DNA of 64,000 nt from Candidatus Aldehydirespiratoraceae bacterium (lineage in GTDB: Bacteria > Actinomycetota > Acidimicrobiia > Acidimicrobiales > Aldehydirespiratoraceae). The position numbers and the translations under genes were made by a program. Of this stretch, positions 16,620-27,000 are shown piece by piece (position 1 is the first letter of the stretch; every line of letters starts with the position of its first letter). The notes under the pieces were generated by a model. The model was given only the letters and a program-made list of their open reading frames with translations. It searched no databases and was not told the DNA's origin. The DNA is taken from positions 479,957-543,956 of the forward strand of contig OZ244902.1 of assembly GCA_965221635.1 (NCBI GenBank), read 5' to 3'.

Positions 16620-18788
16620 ATGGCTCGTGCCTGTGGTAGAAGGTTCAATTTTGAGATTTTCCTGCGATTTGGGAAGGCGACGATCACGGATGAGTCGTAT
16701 TCGCGAGCGGGGCGGGAGTGGATCGGGTGGGATTGGCGACCTGATGTTCCGGTAGATTCTGTTGGATCTGATGAGTTGTCTAGGTTGGATCCTGGCATGC
16801 TGGGAAAGGCAATTGTGGAGCATGCTGTTCCATGCCTGGCTCTTTCCGGGTTTGATTGGAGGGTCTGTCACGAATTGACACTGAAGGCAATGGGTGTCCC
16901 AAATTGGGTAAAACTCGAACGAACGAGCGCGAAGTTGGTCATGTGTTCAGATGGACTTGAGACGCGGTTCATTCTCTTGTGCAATCCTAGGATGCCTGGA
17001 CAGCGGTCTGATGGGTCAACGTCCATAGATTCCCGACTGTCGGTTCTCCGCGGAGTCGGTTCAGATCTCCTGGAGCGCGAGATCGGTGGTGAGGTTGCAG
17101 CGACGGATCCGTTTCTGGTGGCTCCTTGGGGTGATGCGGAAATGTTGGGGCATTGTGTCTTGAGGGTGTTCGAGTCGGCGGGGCCACCTGTGGGCAAGGG
17201 CATGCCCGGGTCGGTGTTCGAGCCGCTTCCTCCCAAGGGACGCATAGGAATGCACCGTGCCGCGCTGAGCGGTGACATGCAGTCGCTTCCCACGCGCCCA
17301 CGGCGGGTGGATCCGCCTGATGAGGATGGAATCACCCCATTGATGCTCGCCTCGGGCGCCGGGCACCTGCCCATGGTGAAGCGATTGCTTGAAATGGGCG
17401 CCGACTACACACTGGTGGATCTACAGGGGCGAACTGCGGTGCACCACGCGGCACGGTCGGGCAACGCGGAAGTGATGCAAGCAATGTTGGGTGCGGGTGC
17501 TGACGCAGCTGCAGGTGACGTGGCTGACGAGACGGCGTTGCACGTTGTAGCGGCGCGAGGTGACCTTGCCTTGGTTGAGTGTCTGGTAGGGGCTGGGGCA
17601 AATGTGGATGCGGTTGACGGGCTGTACGGGTCGACGGCGTTGCATCGCGCGGCGCGCGGCGATCACGCCGCGGTCATCGGGGCGTTGGTGGCGGCCGGAG
17701 CGTCGGTAGATGCTCGCAACGAGGCGGGTCGCACACCGTTGCAGGTCGCAGCGGGATTCGCCAGCGCCGAGGCGCTGGAGGTGCTGCTGGCCGCGGGTGC
17801 CGATGTGAACGCCACCGATGATCGCTTGGAGACGGCGTTGCACCGGCCCGTGTTCTTTCAGCACATGGGCATCATCGAGATGCTGCTTGCACATGGCGTG
17901 AATGTGGCAGCGGCTGATGTTGAGGGCAACACTGCACTGCACGTGGCCGCGTTGATGAATCGGAACAGAGCCGCGGAACGGCTGCTTGCAGTGGGTGCCC
18001 ACGTGGAGGCGTTGAACGTCGAGGGGTTGACTGCGTTGGATTTGGCGATCGTGAACTATCACCTCTCCACGATCAAGCATGGTGTGGAACGCAACGCGGA
18101 GGTGGCAGATGTGCTGTTGTCCCACGGGGCAACAGTTGCGCCGATGCGGCTTCCGGTGGCAGACCGGCACTTGTTGTGGCCCCATCTCACCCCGCGAAAG
18201 CTGTTGCGTCGAGGCACGGGGGACATCAACTACTACAAGCTTCCCGACGTGCCCAAAGCGGTGCGTCGCAAACTCCCATCGCGAAGCAGCGAGAGCTACC
18301 CGTCGGTCTGCTCCAGCGTCGGCGCGCTCTCGCTGCTGCACGACGCGGTAGCGAAGAACCTGCCCAGAGTTGTGGAGGCTCTACTGGACAGCGGCGCGTC
18401 GGCGATGACGGCCACGCGCTGCCTTGGAATCGGAACGCCGCTTCATGTGGCTGTGCGCGGTGGCAACATCGACATGGTCAAGCGGCTCTTGGGCCGGGGC
18501 GCGGATGTAAACATGATCGCCGCGAATGCGCCGCTCCCCAAATACTTCAGCGCCTACTTGACGATGACACCGCTGCACATCGCAGCCCAAGAGAAGGACT
18601 TCGACGTGATAAAGCTTCTGGTGGATCACGGCGCCGATCTCAACAAGGTAGCCATACAATCAAGCAGCGTGCCGTGGACTGCTACGGATTACGCCGAACG
18701 CGTAGAGGAGTTGTATGACTACCTGCGAGCCAACGGCGGCAAGAAAGCCGAAGAACTCAAACTACGCAGACTACCCCGCCCTCCCTAA
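16620..18788 (+). CDS. ankyrin-repeat protein, paralog 2
   Basis: Start at ATG 16620 (MARACGRRF...), 722 aa. It is collinear with paralogs 1 and 3 over its whole length. Confidence 0.85.
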   Translation: MARACGRRFNFEIFLRFGKATITDESYSRAGREWIGWDWRPDVPVDSVGSDELSRLDPGMLGKAIVEHAVPCLALSGFDWRVCHELTLKAMGVPNWVKLERTSAKLVMCSDGLETRFILLCNPRMPGQRSDGSTSIDSRLSVLRGVGSDLLEREIGGEVAATDPFLVAPWGDAEMLGHCVLRVFESAGPPVGKGMPGSVFEPLPPKGRIGMHRAALSGDMQSLPTRPRRVDPPDEDGITPLMLASGAGHLPMVKRLLEMGADYTLVDLQGRTAVHHAARSGNAEVMQAMLGAGADAAAGDVADETALHVVAARGDLALVECLVGAGANVDAVDGLYGSTALHRAARGDHAAVIGALVAAGASVDARNEAGRTPLQVAAGFASAEALEVLLAAGADVNATDDRLETALHRPVFFQHMGIIEMLLAHGVNVAAADVEGNTALHVAALMNRNRAAERLLAVGAHVEALNVEGLTALDLAIVNYHLSTIKHGVERNAEVADVLLSHGATVAPMRLPVADRHLLWPHLTPRKLLRRGTGDINYYKLPDVPKAVRRKLPSRSSESYPSVCSSVGALSLLHDAVAKNLPRVVEALLDSGASAMTATRCLGIGTPLHVAVRGGNIDMVKRLLGRGADVNMIAANAPLPKYFSAYLTMTPLHIAAQEKDFDVIKLLVDHGADLNKVAIQSSSVPWTATDYAERVEELYDYLRANGGKKAEELKLRRLPRPP

Positions 18789-18850
18789 TCCCCGGGATGG
18801 ATCTTCTCCTACATATAACCGCACCTATGGCGTTCGCCACCCACCACAAC

Positions 18851-18879
18851 TTGACACAATCCCGTTGACGAAGTAGCAT
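18851..18879 (+). promoter_or_regulatory. candidate promoter in the paralog 2-3 spacer
   Basis: TTGACA (18851-18856), a 17-nt spacer, then TAGCAT (18874-18879). It sits inside a 22-nt box conserved with the paralog 1-2 spacer (16371-16392, where the hexamer is TTGGCA). Confidence 0.35.
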
Positions 18880-19043
18880 CAGAAGATGGCACCAAGACCA
18901 CGAGACACAAGGATCCAGCATCCGCAAGTGAGAGAACACGCGAGTCTGGGTGAAAGCAACAGTGGTAGTGAAACGAATGGAGGGAGCTGGTCCTAAGCTG
19001 GTCGGTCGGCTGGCGTTGATGCTCGAATTGGAGGTTTGGTGTT

Positions 19044-21194
19044 GTGGCTCGTGGATGTGGGACGGCTTTTTCGTTTGATGTGTACTTGCGTTTTGGTGAG
19101 TTGACAGTCGGTGATGTTGCTTATGCGGAGGCGGGCAGAGAGAATTTGGGATGGGATTGGCGTCCGGAAGTGCCGGTGAATCAAACCGGTTCTAATCGAA
19201 CTACCCGACTGGATCCAGGGCTTGTGGGAAAGTTGATAGTGGGACACGCCGTTCCGCGTCCAGCCTTCACCGGGTTCGACTGGACAGTGTATGAGGACCT
19301 GGAATCGATAGCGACAGGCGCCCCAAGCCTAGGGAACCTCTACCGCACAGGGGCACGGTTGATGATGGATTCCGATGGAATCGAAGCAAGATTCAGCTTG
19401 ATTAGTGGGCCGCATTTATTGCAAAGTGCTGACAAAGCCTGCATCAACGTAGATGACCGTTTGTCGTGCTTGACGGTGTTCGATACTGATTATGAGCTGA
19501 TGGGGGAAGGTCCGTTCTTGGTTGCGCCGTGGCGTGATCCGGAGCTTCTAGGTCACTGTGTGTTGAGAGCGTTCGAGTTGGTGGGTCCTCCCTTGGGAAA
19601 GAACATGCCCGAGTCTGTGTTCATACCGTTGGCTCCGAAAGGTCGCATTGGAATGCACCGTGCTGCGCTGAGTAGCGACTTGGGGTTGTTGCCGAAACGT
19701 CCGAGTCGGGTGGATCCACCTGACCGGGAGGGTATTACGCCGCTGATGCTAGCCGCGGGGGCCGGTCATGGGTCCATGGTTCGGGCTCTGTTGGATCTTG
19801 GCGCCGACTGCGCGTCTGAAGACTCGCAATGCCGCACCGCGTTGCATCACGCTGCCACTTCGGGCAGCGTGAGCGTGGTGGAGATCTTGTTGGCCGCGGG
19901 TGCCGATGCTGGCGCGGTGGACGCTTTCGGTGAGACTGCATTGCATGTGGCGGCATCGCGTGGGGATGTTCGTGTGGTGGAGGCTTTGGTCGCTGCTTGT
20001 GCGGATGTGAATGTGAGTGACTTGCTGTATGGCTCCACACCGTTGCATCGAGCTGCGCGCGGCAATCACGGTGGTGTGATTGAGGTGTTGGCAGCTGCGG
20101 GAGCGTCCGTGGATGCCCGCAACGAAGCAGGTCGCACAGCGTTGCAGGTGGCAGCAGCATTCGCCAGCCCAGGCGCGGTGTCCGTGTTGTTGAACGCGGG
20201 CGCAAATGTGAACGCTACCGATCACCGGCTGGAGACGGCGTTGCACCGTCCGGTGTTATTTCAGCATTTGGACATCATCGCCATGTTGTTGGAGTTCGGG
20301 GTGGATGTGGGCGCGGCTGATTTTGAGGGCAACACTGCGCTGCACGTGGCCGCGTTGATGAACCGTCACAAGGCGGCAGAGTTGCTCCTTGCCGCGGACG
20401 CGGATGTGGATGCGTTCAACACTGAGGGGCTCACGGCGTTGGATTTGGCAATTGTGAATCGTCACGTCGGTACCCTCGCGTTCGGTGTGGAACACAACGC
20501 CGAAGTGGCCGATGTGTTGTTGGCTCACGGGGCCACGATTGTGCCACATCGGCTCCCGGTGGCGGACCGGCACGTGTTGTGGCCACAGCTCACCCCGCGA
20601 CGCTTGCTGCGTCGCGGCACCTCGGACATCGACTACCAACGGTTGAAGGACATCCCAACAGCGCTCCGACAGAAGCTACAGACATGGAGCAAGAACCGCA
20701 ACCATCCACCGGTATGCATCAACGTCATTGCGCGGTCTTTGATGCATGACGCCGTGGCCAAAGATCTGCCCAGAGTTGTGCAGGCCTTGCTGGACAGTGG
20801 CGCCTCTCCCATGACCTCAGTACGCGGGAATCAGATTGGCCCGCCGCTGCACGTGGCCGTGGAGACCGGCAACATCGCCATGGCGAAATTGTTGTTGGAG
20901 CGGGGCGCAAACCCGAACATGCAAACAGGCAACCAGCCCCAGCTCGAAGAAGAAATCTACCACTTCAGCCTGACACCACTGCTGTTGGCGACTCAAGCAA
21001 ACAATTCGGAGATGGTAACCCTTTTGTTGGAGTACGGCGCTGACGTAAACTGTCACACTGCACGCATAAACCAACAACCACGCACTCCCACCGACTACGC
21101 CGAGCCCGGAACTGAACTACACGAATTGCTAAGAGCAAACGGTGGCAAGACCGCCAAGGAACAAAACATAAGATGGACCCACCGCCCGTACTAA
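19044..21194 (+). CDS. ankyrin-repeat protein, paralog 3
   Basis: GTG start at 19044 (MARGCGTAF...) preceded by GGAGG at 19030-19034. 716 aa. Confidence 0.85.
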   Translation: MARGCGTAFSFDVYLRFGELTVGDVAYAEAGRENLGWDWRPEVPVNQTGSNRTTRLDPGLVGKLIVGHAVPRPAFTGFDWTVYEDLESIATGAPSLGNLYRTGARLMMDSDGIEARFSLISGPHLLQSADKACINVDDRLSCLTVFDTDYELMGEGPFLVAPWRDPELLGHCVLRAFELVGPPLGKNMPESVFIPLAPKGRIGMHRAALSSDLGLLPKRPSRVDPPDREGITPLMLAAGAGHGSMVRALLDLGADCASEDSQCRTALHHAATSGSVSVVEILLAAGADAGAVDAFGETALHVAASRGDVRVVEALVAACADVNVSDLLYGSTPLHRAARGNHGGVIEVLAAAGASVDARNEAGRTALQVAAAFASPGAVSVLLNAGANVNATDHRLETALHRPVLFQHLDIIAMLLEFGVDVGAADFEGNTALHVAALMNRHKAAELLLAADADVDAFNTEGLTALDLAIVNRHVGTLAFGVEHNAEVADVLLAHGATIVPHRLPVADRHVLWPQLTPRRLLRRGTSDIDYQRLKDIPTALRQKLQTWSKNRNHPPVCINVIARSLMHDAVAKDLPRVVQALLDSGASPMTSVRGNQIGPPLHVAVETGNIAMAKLLLERGANPNMQTGNQPQLEEEIYHFSLTPLLLATQANNSEMVTLLLEYGADVNCHTARINQQPRTPTDYAEPGTELHELLRANGGKTAKEQNIRWTHRPY

Positions 21195-21569
21195 CGCTGA
21201 GGCCACTCTTCATCTCTCTAAAGCCAACCGCTGTTCTCACTGAACCCATCTCGCCACAGGCTCAATAGCAACTGGTCTGACGACAATGGGAGTACCATTC
21301 AAGCCCAAGAATAACCCGCATCAGCAGATCAAGAGACGGCATAGCGTGAAGGCTGGTAGCGAGGTTGGGCTCAGCCAATTTGGGGAGTTGTATCCTAGGG
21401 CGGTTTGGTGGCATGGCTGCTGGTGCTTTGAATGTGTCGGGATTGAGATGAGGAGTGCGTGTGGCGCTGAGGGCTCGATTGGGGTGCCCTGGATTTTGAG
21501 AGCTGAGATTGACTGATTGTACCTTGTCGGGACTCGGCTGGTTGGGATTGGTGTCGGTTGAGGCTTGGG

Positions 21570-22742
21570 TTAGCGTTGGGGTTTGAAGGCGTTTTGCATT
21601 TCTTGGATGAACAACTTGGGTTGTTCGAAGGCTGCGAAGTGGCCGCCTCGATCTAGTTCGTTCCAGTAGTAGATGTTCGTATAGCGCTTGGCGGCCCAGC
21701 GGCGGCTGGCGCGGATTATCTCGTTGGGGAAGATGCTGCACGCTGTGGGGATGGTCACCTCGCCGTCACCGAAGTTGGCGAAACTCTCCCAGTACAGGCG
21801 AGCCGAGGACGCTCCGGTGGCGGTGAACCAGTACACGGACACGTTGTCGAGCAGTTCGTCACGGCCGAAACAGTCCTCTGGGCTGGCGCCCCGGTCGCTC
21901 CACGCCCAGAACTTCTCCAGGATCCACGCCGCCTGCCCGGCAGGTGAGTCCACCAACCCGTAGCCGAGCGTTTGGGGGCGGGTGGATTGCTGCTTGGAGT
22001 AACCCGAGTCCCACTTGTCGTAATGGCCCAGCGATTCCAGCGCGGCCACCTCCTGGGGCGTGGGATCGGCAAGCGACTCCTTGGTGGGCCCGGCCACCGG
22101 CATGTTGGTGTGAATGGCACGGCACGCACCCCTGTTTTGCATGCCGATGGTGGTGGTGACCGCCGATCCCCAGTCACCTCCCTGAGCCACGTAGCTGTCG
22201 TAGCCCAGGCGTCGCATCAACACGTCCCACATCTCCGCGATCTTCGGCACGCCCACACCCGCTGCGGTGGGTTTGGCGCTCCAGCCGTAACCGGGCAACG
22301 ACGGAATCACCAGGTGAAAGGCGTCCGATGCGGCGCCGCCATGAGCGGTGGGATCGGTGAGCGGGCCGATCACCTTTAGGAACTCCACCACCGAACCGGG
22401 CCAGCCGTGGGTGACGATCATCGGCAGAGCGTCGGCGTGGGGGGAGCGGATGTGCATGAAGTGAACGTGGAGCCCGTCGATGTTGGTGATGAAGTTGGAA
22501 TGAGCGTTCAGTTGCGCCTCGGCGCGGCGCCAGTCGTAGCCGTTGGCCCAGTAGTCACACACCTCCTGCATGTAGGCAAGCGGAATCCCCTGTGACCAGT
22601 CGTCAACGGGTTCGGCCTCGGGCCAGCGAGTGGCCGCCAGGCGTGTCCGCAAGTGCTCGATCTCGGCGTCTGGCACTGCGATCTCAAAGGGGCGGATCTC
22701 TCCGGGGTCGGTTCCTGACGGGCTTGGGGCCTTGTTGGTCAT
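21570..22742 (-). CDS. epoxide hydrolase (alpha/beta hydrolase with EH N-terminal domain)
   Basis: 390 aa. Motifs: IRPFEIAVPDAEIEHLRTRLAATRWP (EHN domain), HGWPGS oxyanion motif, GGDWGS nucleophile elbow. Confidence 0.85.
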   Translation of the reverse strand: MTNKAPSPSGTDPGEIRPFEIAVPDAEIEHLRTRLAATRWPEAEPVDDWSQGIPLAYMQEVCDYWANGYDWRRAEAQLNAHSNFITNIDGLHVHFMHIRSPHADALPMIVTHGWPGSVVEFLKVIGPLTDPTAHGGAASDAFHLVIPSLPGYGWSAKPTAAGVGVPKIAEMWDVLMRRLGYDSYVAQGGDWGSAVTTTIGMQNRGACRAIHTNMPVAGPTKESLADPTPQEVAALESLGHYDKWDSGYSKQQSTRPQTLGYGLVDSPAGQAAWILEKFWAWSDRGASPEDCFGRDELLDNVSVYWFTATGASSARLYWESFANFGDGEVTIPTACSIFPNEIIRASRRWAAKRYTNIYYWNELDRGGHFAAFEQPKLFIQEMQNAFKPQR

Positions 22743-22979
22743 GGTGTCCTCATCGTGGGTGGGTTTCGAGTGACAGGGTCAACGTGGGCTCGTTGGCGTG
22801 GGTTCTCGCTGTGATCGAAGGTGCGGGATGCGCAGACGGCTCACCGGCTGATCCTCAGGTTGAGTATCGCCCGCCTCGAACCCGTTGGCGCGCAGCCACC
22901 CGATTCCTGCAGCGCTTGCGGCGCGCCGGGAACCCGCCAGCGGGCGGACTCTAGGATTGATCGCGTGGACTTGCCGGTG

Positions 22980-24050
22980 ATGCCTCCGGTGCGGCCGATG
23001 CTGGCCAGGGCGGTGAAGTCGATCCCTTCAGGCGACATGGCCTTCGAGCCGAAATGGGACGGCTTTCGCTGCATCGTGTTTCGCGACGGCCAAGAGGTGG
23101 AGATCGCCAGTCGCAACACCAGGCCCCTGAGCCGGTACTTCCCCGAGTTGATCGCCCCGTTGAGGGCCATGTTGCCGTCCAAGGCGGTGGTGGACGGTGA
23201 GATCATCGTGAGACGAGGCGACAGCCTGGCATTCGACGACCTGCAGCAGCGAATCCACCCGGCTGCCAGCCGCATCAACCTGTTGGCCGAAGAGACCCCT
23301 GCGGAGGTGGTGCTGTTCGACGTGCTGGCGGCGGGTGACACCAACTTGATGGACGAACCCTTCGGCGAGCGCCGTGCCCGGCTGGAACAGATGGCAGGCA
23401 CTTTCGAGTGGCCGTTGCATCTGGCGCCCTCCACTTGTGACCGTGACGTTGCGGCGGACTGGTATGTGCGTTTCGAGGGTGCCGGGCTCGACGGGCTGAT
23501 CGCCAAACCCCGAGACGGCTTGTACCAGCAGGACAAGCGAGCCCAGTTCAAGCTGAAGCACACCCGCACCGCCGACGTTGTGGTGGCCGGGTATCGCCTC
23601 CACAAGGACGGCGCCGGGGTGGGTTCGCTGGTGGTGGGCCTCCACGACAACGACGGCGTGTTGCACCATTGCGGGGTGGCCACCAGCTTCACCGCCCGCC
23701 GCCGGGCCGAGCTTCTGGCCGAACTGGCCCCGCACGTGTTGCAAACCCCTGCCGAGCGCAGTGCCCACCCATGGGCCAACTGGATGGATCCCGACGCCCA
23801 CCACGGTGGTCAGGTGATGCCCGGCACCCCCAACCGCTGGTCGGCCCAGCGCGCAACCGGCGCCTGGGTGCCCATGCGCATCGAGCTGGTGGTGGAAGTG
23901 AAGTACGAGGCCATCCTCAACGGCCGCTTCCGGGGCACCACCCGCATGGTGCGCCCCCGCCCCGACCGCACCCCCGAATCCTGCCGCTTCGACCAACTCG
24001 AAGAGCCAACCCCCATGCCCCTAAGCGAAGTGCTGACAGCCCCCGGCTAA
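22980..24050 (+). CDS. stand-alone ATP-dependent DNA ligase (LigC-like)
   Basis: Motif I EPKWDGFR, VVDGEIIV, FDVLA, DGLIAKP and FKLKH are all present. Start at ATG 22980 (MPPVRPMLA) or GTG 22965; the ORF opens at 22821. Confidence 0.85.
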   Translation: MPPVRPMLARAVKSIPSGDMAFEPKWDGFRCIVFRDGQEVEIASRNTRPLSRYFPELIAPLRAMLPSKAVVDGEIIVRRGDSLAFDDLQQRIHPAASRINLLAEETPAEVVLFDVLAAGDTNLMDEPFGERRARLEQMAGTFEWPLHLAPSTCDRDVAADWYVRFEGAGLDGLIAKPRDGLYQQDKRAQFKLKHTRTADVVVAGYRLHKDGAGVGSLVVGLHDNDGVLHHCGVATSFTARRRAELLAELAPHVLQTPAERSAHPWANWMDPDAHHGGQVMPGTPNRWSAQRATGAWVPMRIELVVEVKYEAILNGRFRGTTRMVRPRPDRTPESCRFDQLEEPTPMPLSEVLTAPG

Positions 24051-24053
24051 CCG
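23943..24053 (+). repeat. direct repeat copy A (last ~111 nt of the ligase gene)
   Basis: It aligns with 30511-30622 at roughly nine positions in ten (about 11 mismatches plus one 1-nt indel by hand alignment). Similarity starts abruptly at CGCATG. Confidence 0.8.
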
Positions 24054-27000
24054 CGGCACGGCATCCGACCCTACGTCGCGCACATCACAGGTTGTGACGC
24101 TCGACCGGGGACTTGCGGCGCTTCACGGCGACGCCGTGCATCTGGTGCAGACCTGAGGGGCGCCTAGTTGGTTGGGGGGCGTTGGTTGCCGAACTCGGCG
24201 ACTGTTGCGATGCCGTCTCCGTTGGTGTCCGCACGCAACGCCGGGTACTCGGCGGAGGTGCCAAAGTCCCACGCCTGATCCCAGTGGGTGTAGATGGCGC
24301 TGTGGGCGCCGCCACCGATGAGTTCAGCGGTGGTCTTGGCGAAACCGCCTGCGCTTGTGGTGAGCCCGGTGACGGTTTGATCCCAGTAGCTGTAGATGGT
24401 GTCGCTGCTTGAGTCGGCTATGCCGACGAGCCCGCCGGTGTTCTTGTTGCCCACCACGGTTGCCCGCGAGTAGCTGTGCTGAATGCCGAAACCGTTGTTG
24501 ATCCCGGCCAGGCCGCCCACACGGTTCTTTCCCGTCACCCGACCCGCGGCGTAGCTGTCGCTGATGAGCCCACCGCTGTTATGCCCAACAAGGCCACCCA
24601 CACGACGGTCGCCGGCTATGTGACCGGTGGCGTAGCTGTGGGTGATGATGCTGTTGCTGTAGCCCACCAGACCACCCGAAACTCGCCCGGTGGCGGTGAC
24701 ATCAACGGTGCTGTAGCTGTAGGAAACGTGGTTGACGCTCTCACCGATGAGGCCCCCGATCCATCCGCCTGCGGTGATGTTGCCGGTGGAGGAAGCGTGG
24801 GCAACCACCGCCCAGCTCAGCCCGGCCAGCGCGCCGGTGTTGTAGGCACCGCCGGTGATGTCCACGTTGCCCAGATGCAACCGGTTCACCGCCGCGCCGA
24901 GTCGTAGCTCCGCGAACAAGCCCACGTAGTTCTGGTTGCGGTTGATGTGCAGGTTGCGGATCGAGTGGCCGTTGCCTTCCAGGCGGGCGTCGTAGTGGCT
25001 GATGGGTAGCCAGCCCGCGCCGTTGTTCCAGTACAGGTCGCCTGAGTCTGCTTGCCCGCTTTCGTTGGTGTCGAGGTTGATGTCGGCTGTGAGTTCGTAA
25101 CCCGTGCAGCCACTGTCGGGGCATCCCATGGCGTCGTACTGCCCGCCCTTGAACGCTTCGTAGTAGGCAGCGGCGTCACCCGAACCGGGGGTGCCTGTAC
25201 CGGCCGGGTCCCAGCGGATCGCGTTGAGCTGCGCAGGGCTGGTCACCTCGATCAGGCCGTCATCGTCGAGGTCGTGGTCGTTGGAGCGCTGCCGCCCGAA
25301 CTCCAGCCACGAGGCCTGCCCGTCGCTGTTGAAGTCCACCATCAACACGGGGTATTCCTTGGAGTTGCCGAAGTCCCACGCCGGGTTGCTCCAAGTGGCG
25401 AAAATTCCCGAGTACCCGACGGCGCCGACTTCGGTTTCGCTGTCGCCCTGCAGCCCGGTCTGGGTTTGTGCGGCGCCTCCGCCGGCGCTGGTGGTGGTGC
25501 CGGTGGTGGTGCTGTCCCAGTAGGCGTCGCTGTCCACCGATGCCGAATTCTCGGCGAGGCCCACCAAACCGCCAATGTTCGTTCCGGCAGTTACGGGCCC
25601 CGCGGCGTATCCCTCGTGAACGGTTCCGCCGCTCATGCGCCCGATCAGGCCACCCACGCTGGAGCCGCTGCCACCGGGGCCGGTCACCGAACCGAACGCG
25701 TAAGCGAACTCCATGGTGGTGGACTCGGCCAACCCGATCAGCCCGCCACCGAGATGTGACTGCCCAGACGGGGCGTTCACCGTCACGTCGGACTCGGCGT
25801 ATGAACGCGACACCTTGGCGTTGAGCGATCTGCCGATCAGGCCGCCCACGTCGTTTGTGCCGGTGACCGCGGCGTGTGAGTAGCTCTCGTTGATCTCCAC
25901 CTGCGAGTCCTTGAACGTGCCCGCCACGCCGCCGGTGGTGCCCGAGGGCGCGTTGCCAACCACGGTGCCGGTCACCCCGACACGGCTGATCGGTGCTCGA
26001 CCGGTGCCAACAAGCGCGCCCACGTCGGCCTTGTTGCCGGCCACGGTGATGTTCACATCAGCCAGAACCACGTTGCGCAGGCTCGCAGTGGGAGCGGTCT
26101 GCGCGAACAGGCCGTAAGAGTCGTCACCACCGGCGGTTTGGTTGATGAGCAAGTTGGAGATGGTGTGACCGTTGCCGTCGAAGGTGGCTCGGTACTTGGG
26201 CCCTATCGGCGCCCAGCCCTTGCCGGCGTTCCACCACACGCCGCCGTGATCGGTGGCGTCCACGTCACCGTCGCGGTCGGAGTCGAAATCAAGACTCGTG
26301 GTGAGTTCGTAACCGGTACACACCTGATCGTCGGTGAGGGTTTCGTCCTCGTTGCAACCCATGCCGGCCTCCGCTGTGGGGAACGCCGCCAGGTAGGTGG
26401 CACTGTCCGCATCGGCGACCGTGCCGTTGCCGTCGAGATCCCAGCGCAGCGCATTCAACTGGCGAAGACTGCCCACCTCGATCAGACCGTCATCATCGAG
26501 GTCGTAATCCAGAAGTGTCACCACCGTCACCGCAAACGTGGCCGTGCCGGTTTGGCCGTAGTAGTCGGTGGCCACCGCGCTCACCTCGGCGGCGCCGGCC
26601 GCCACCCCGGTGATGGTGATCACTGTTCCGGTGGTGTCCAACACGGCTGTTGCCGCCGTGGAATCCGAACTTGACACTGTGTACGTCAAGGCGCCTTGGG
26701 TGCCCACGTCGAACACCTCCGCACCGGCGGATTCAATGTGCACCGAGGCTTGCCCGGACACCGCAATCGTGTGTGCGGCGATCGGATTGGTCACCGAAGG
26801 GGCGCTGGTGTCTCGCTGGGTTCCGAACTCGGCCCAACTCGAGGCGCCGTCCCCGTCGAAGTCAGCCACCAACGCCGGATATTCGATCTCGTTGCCGAAA
26901 TGCCACGACGAGTCCGCCCAGGTGCTGTAGATCCCGGTGTAGGTGTCGGCGTTGACAGTGGCGTCGGTTTCGGACCGCAACTGCGAGGTGGTTTTGGCGG

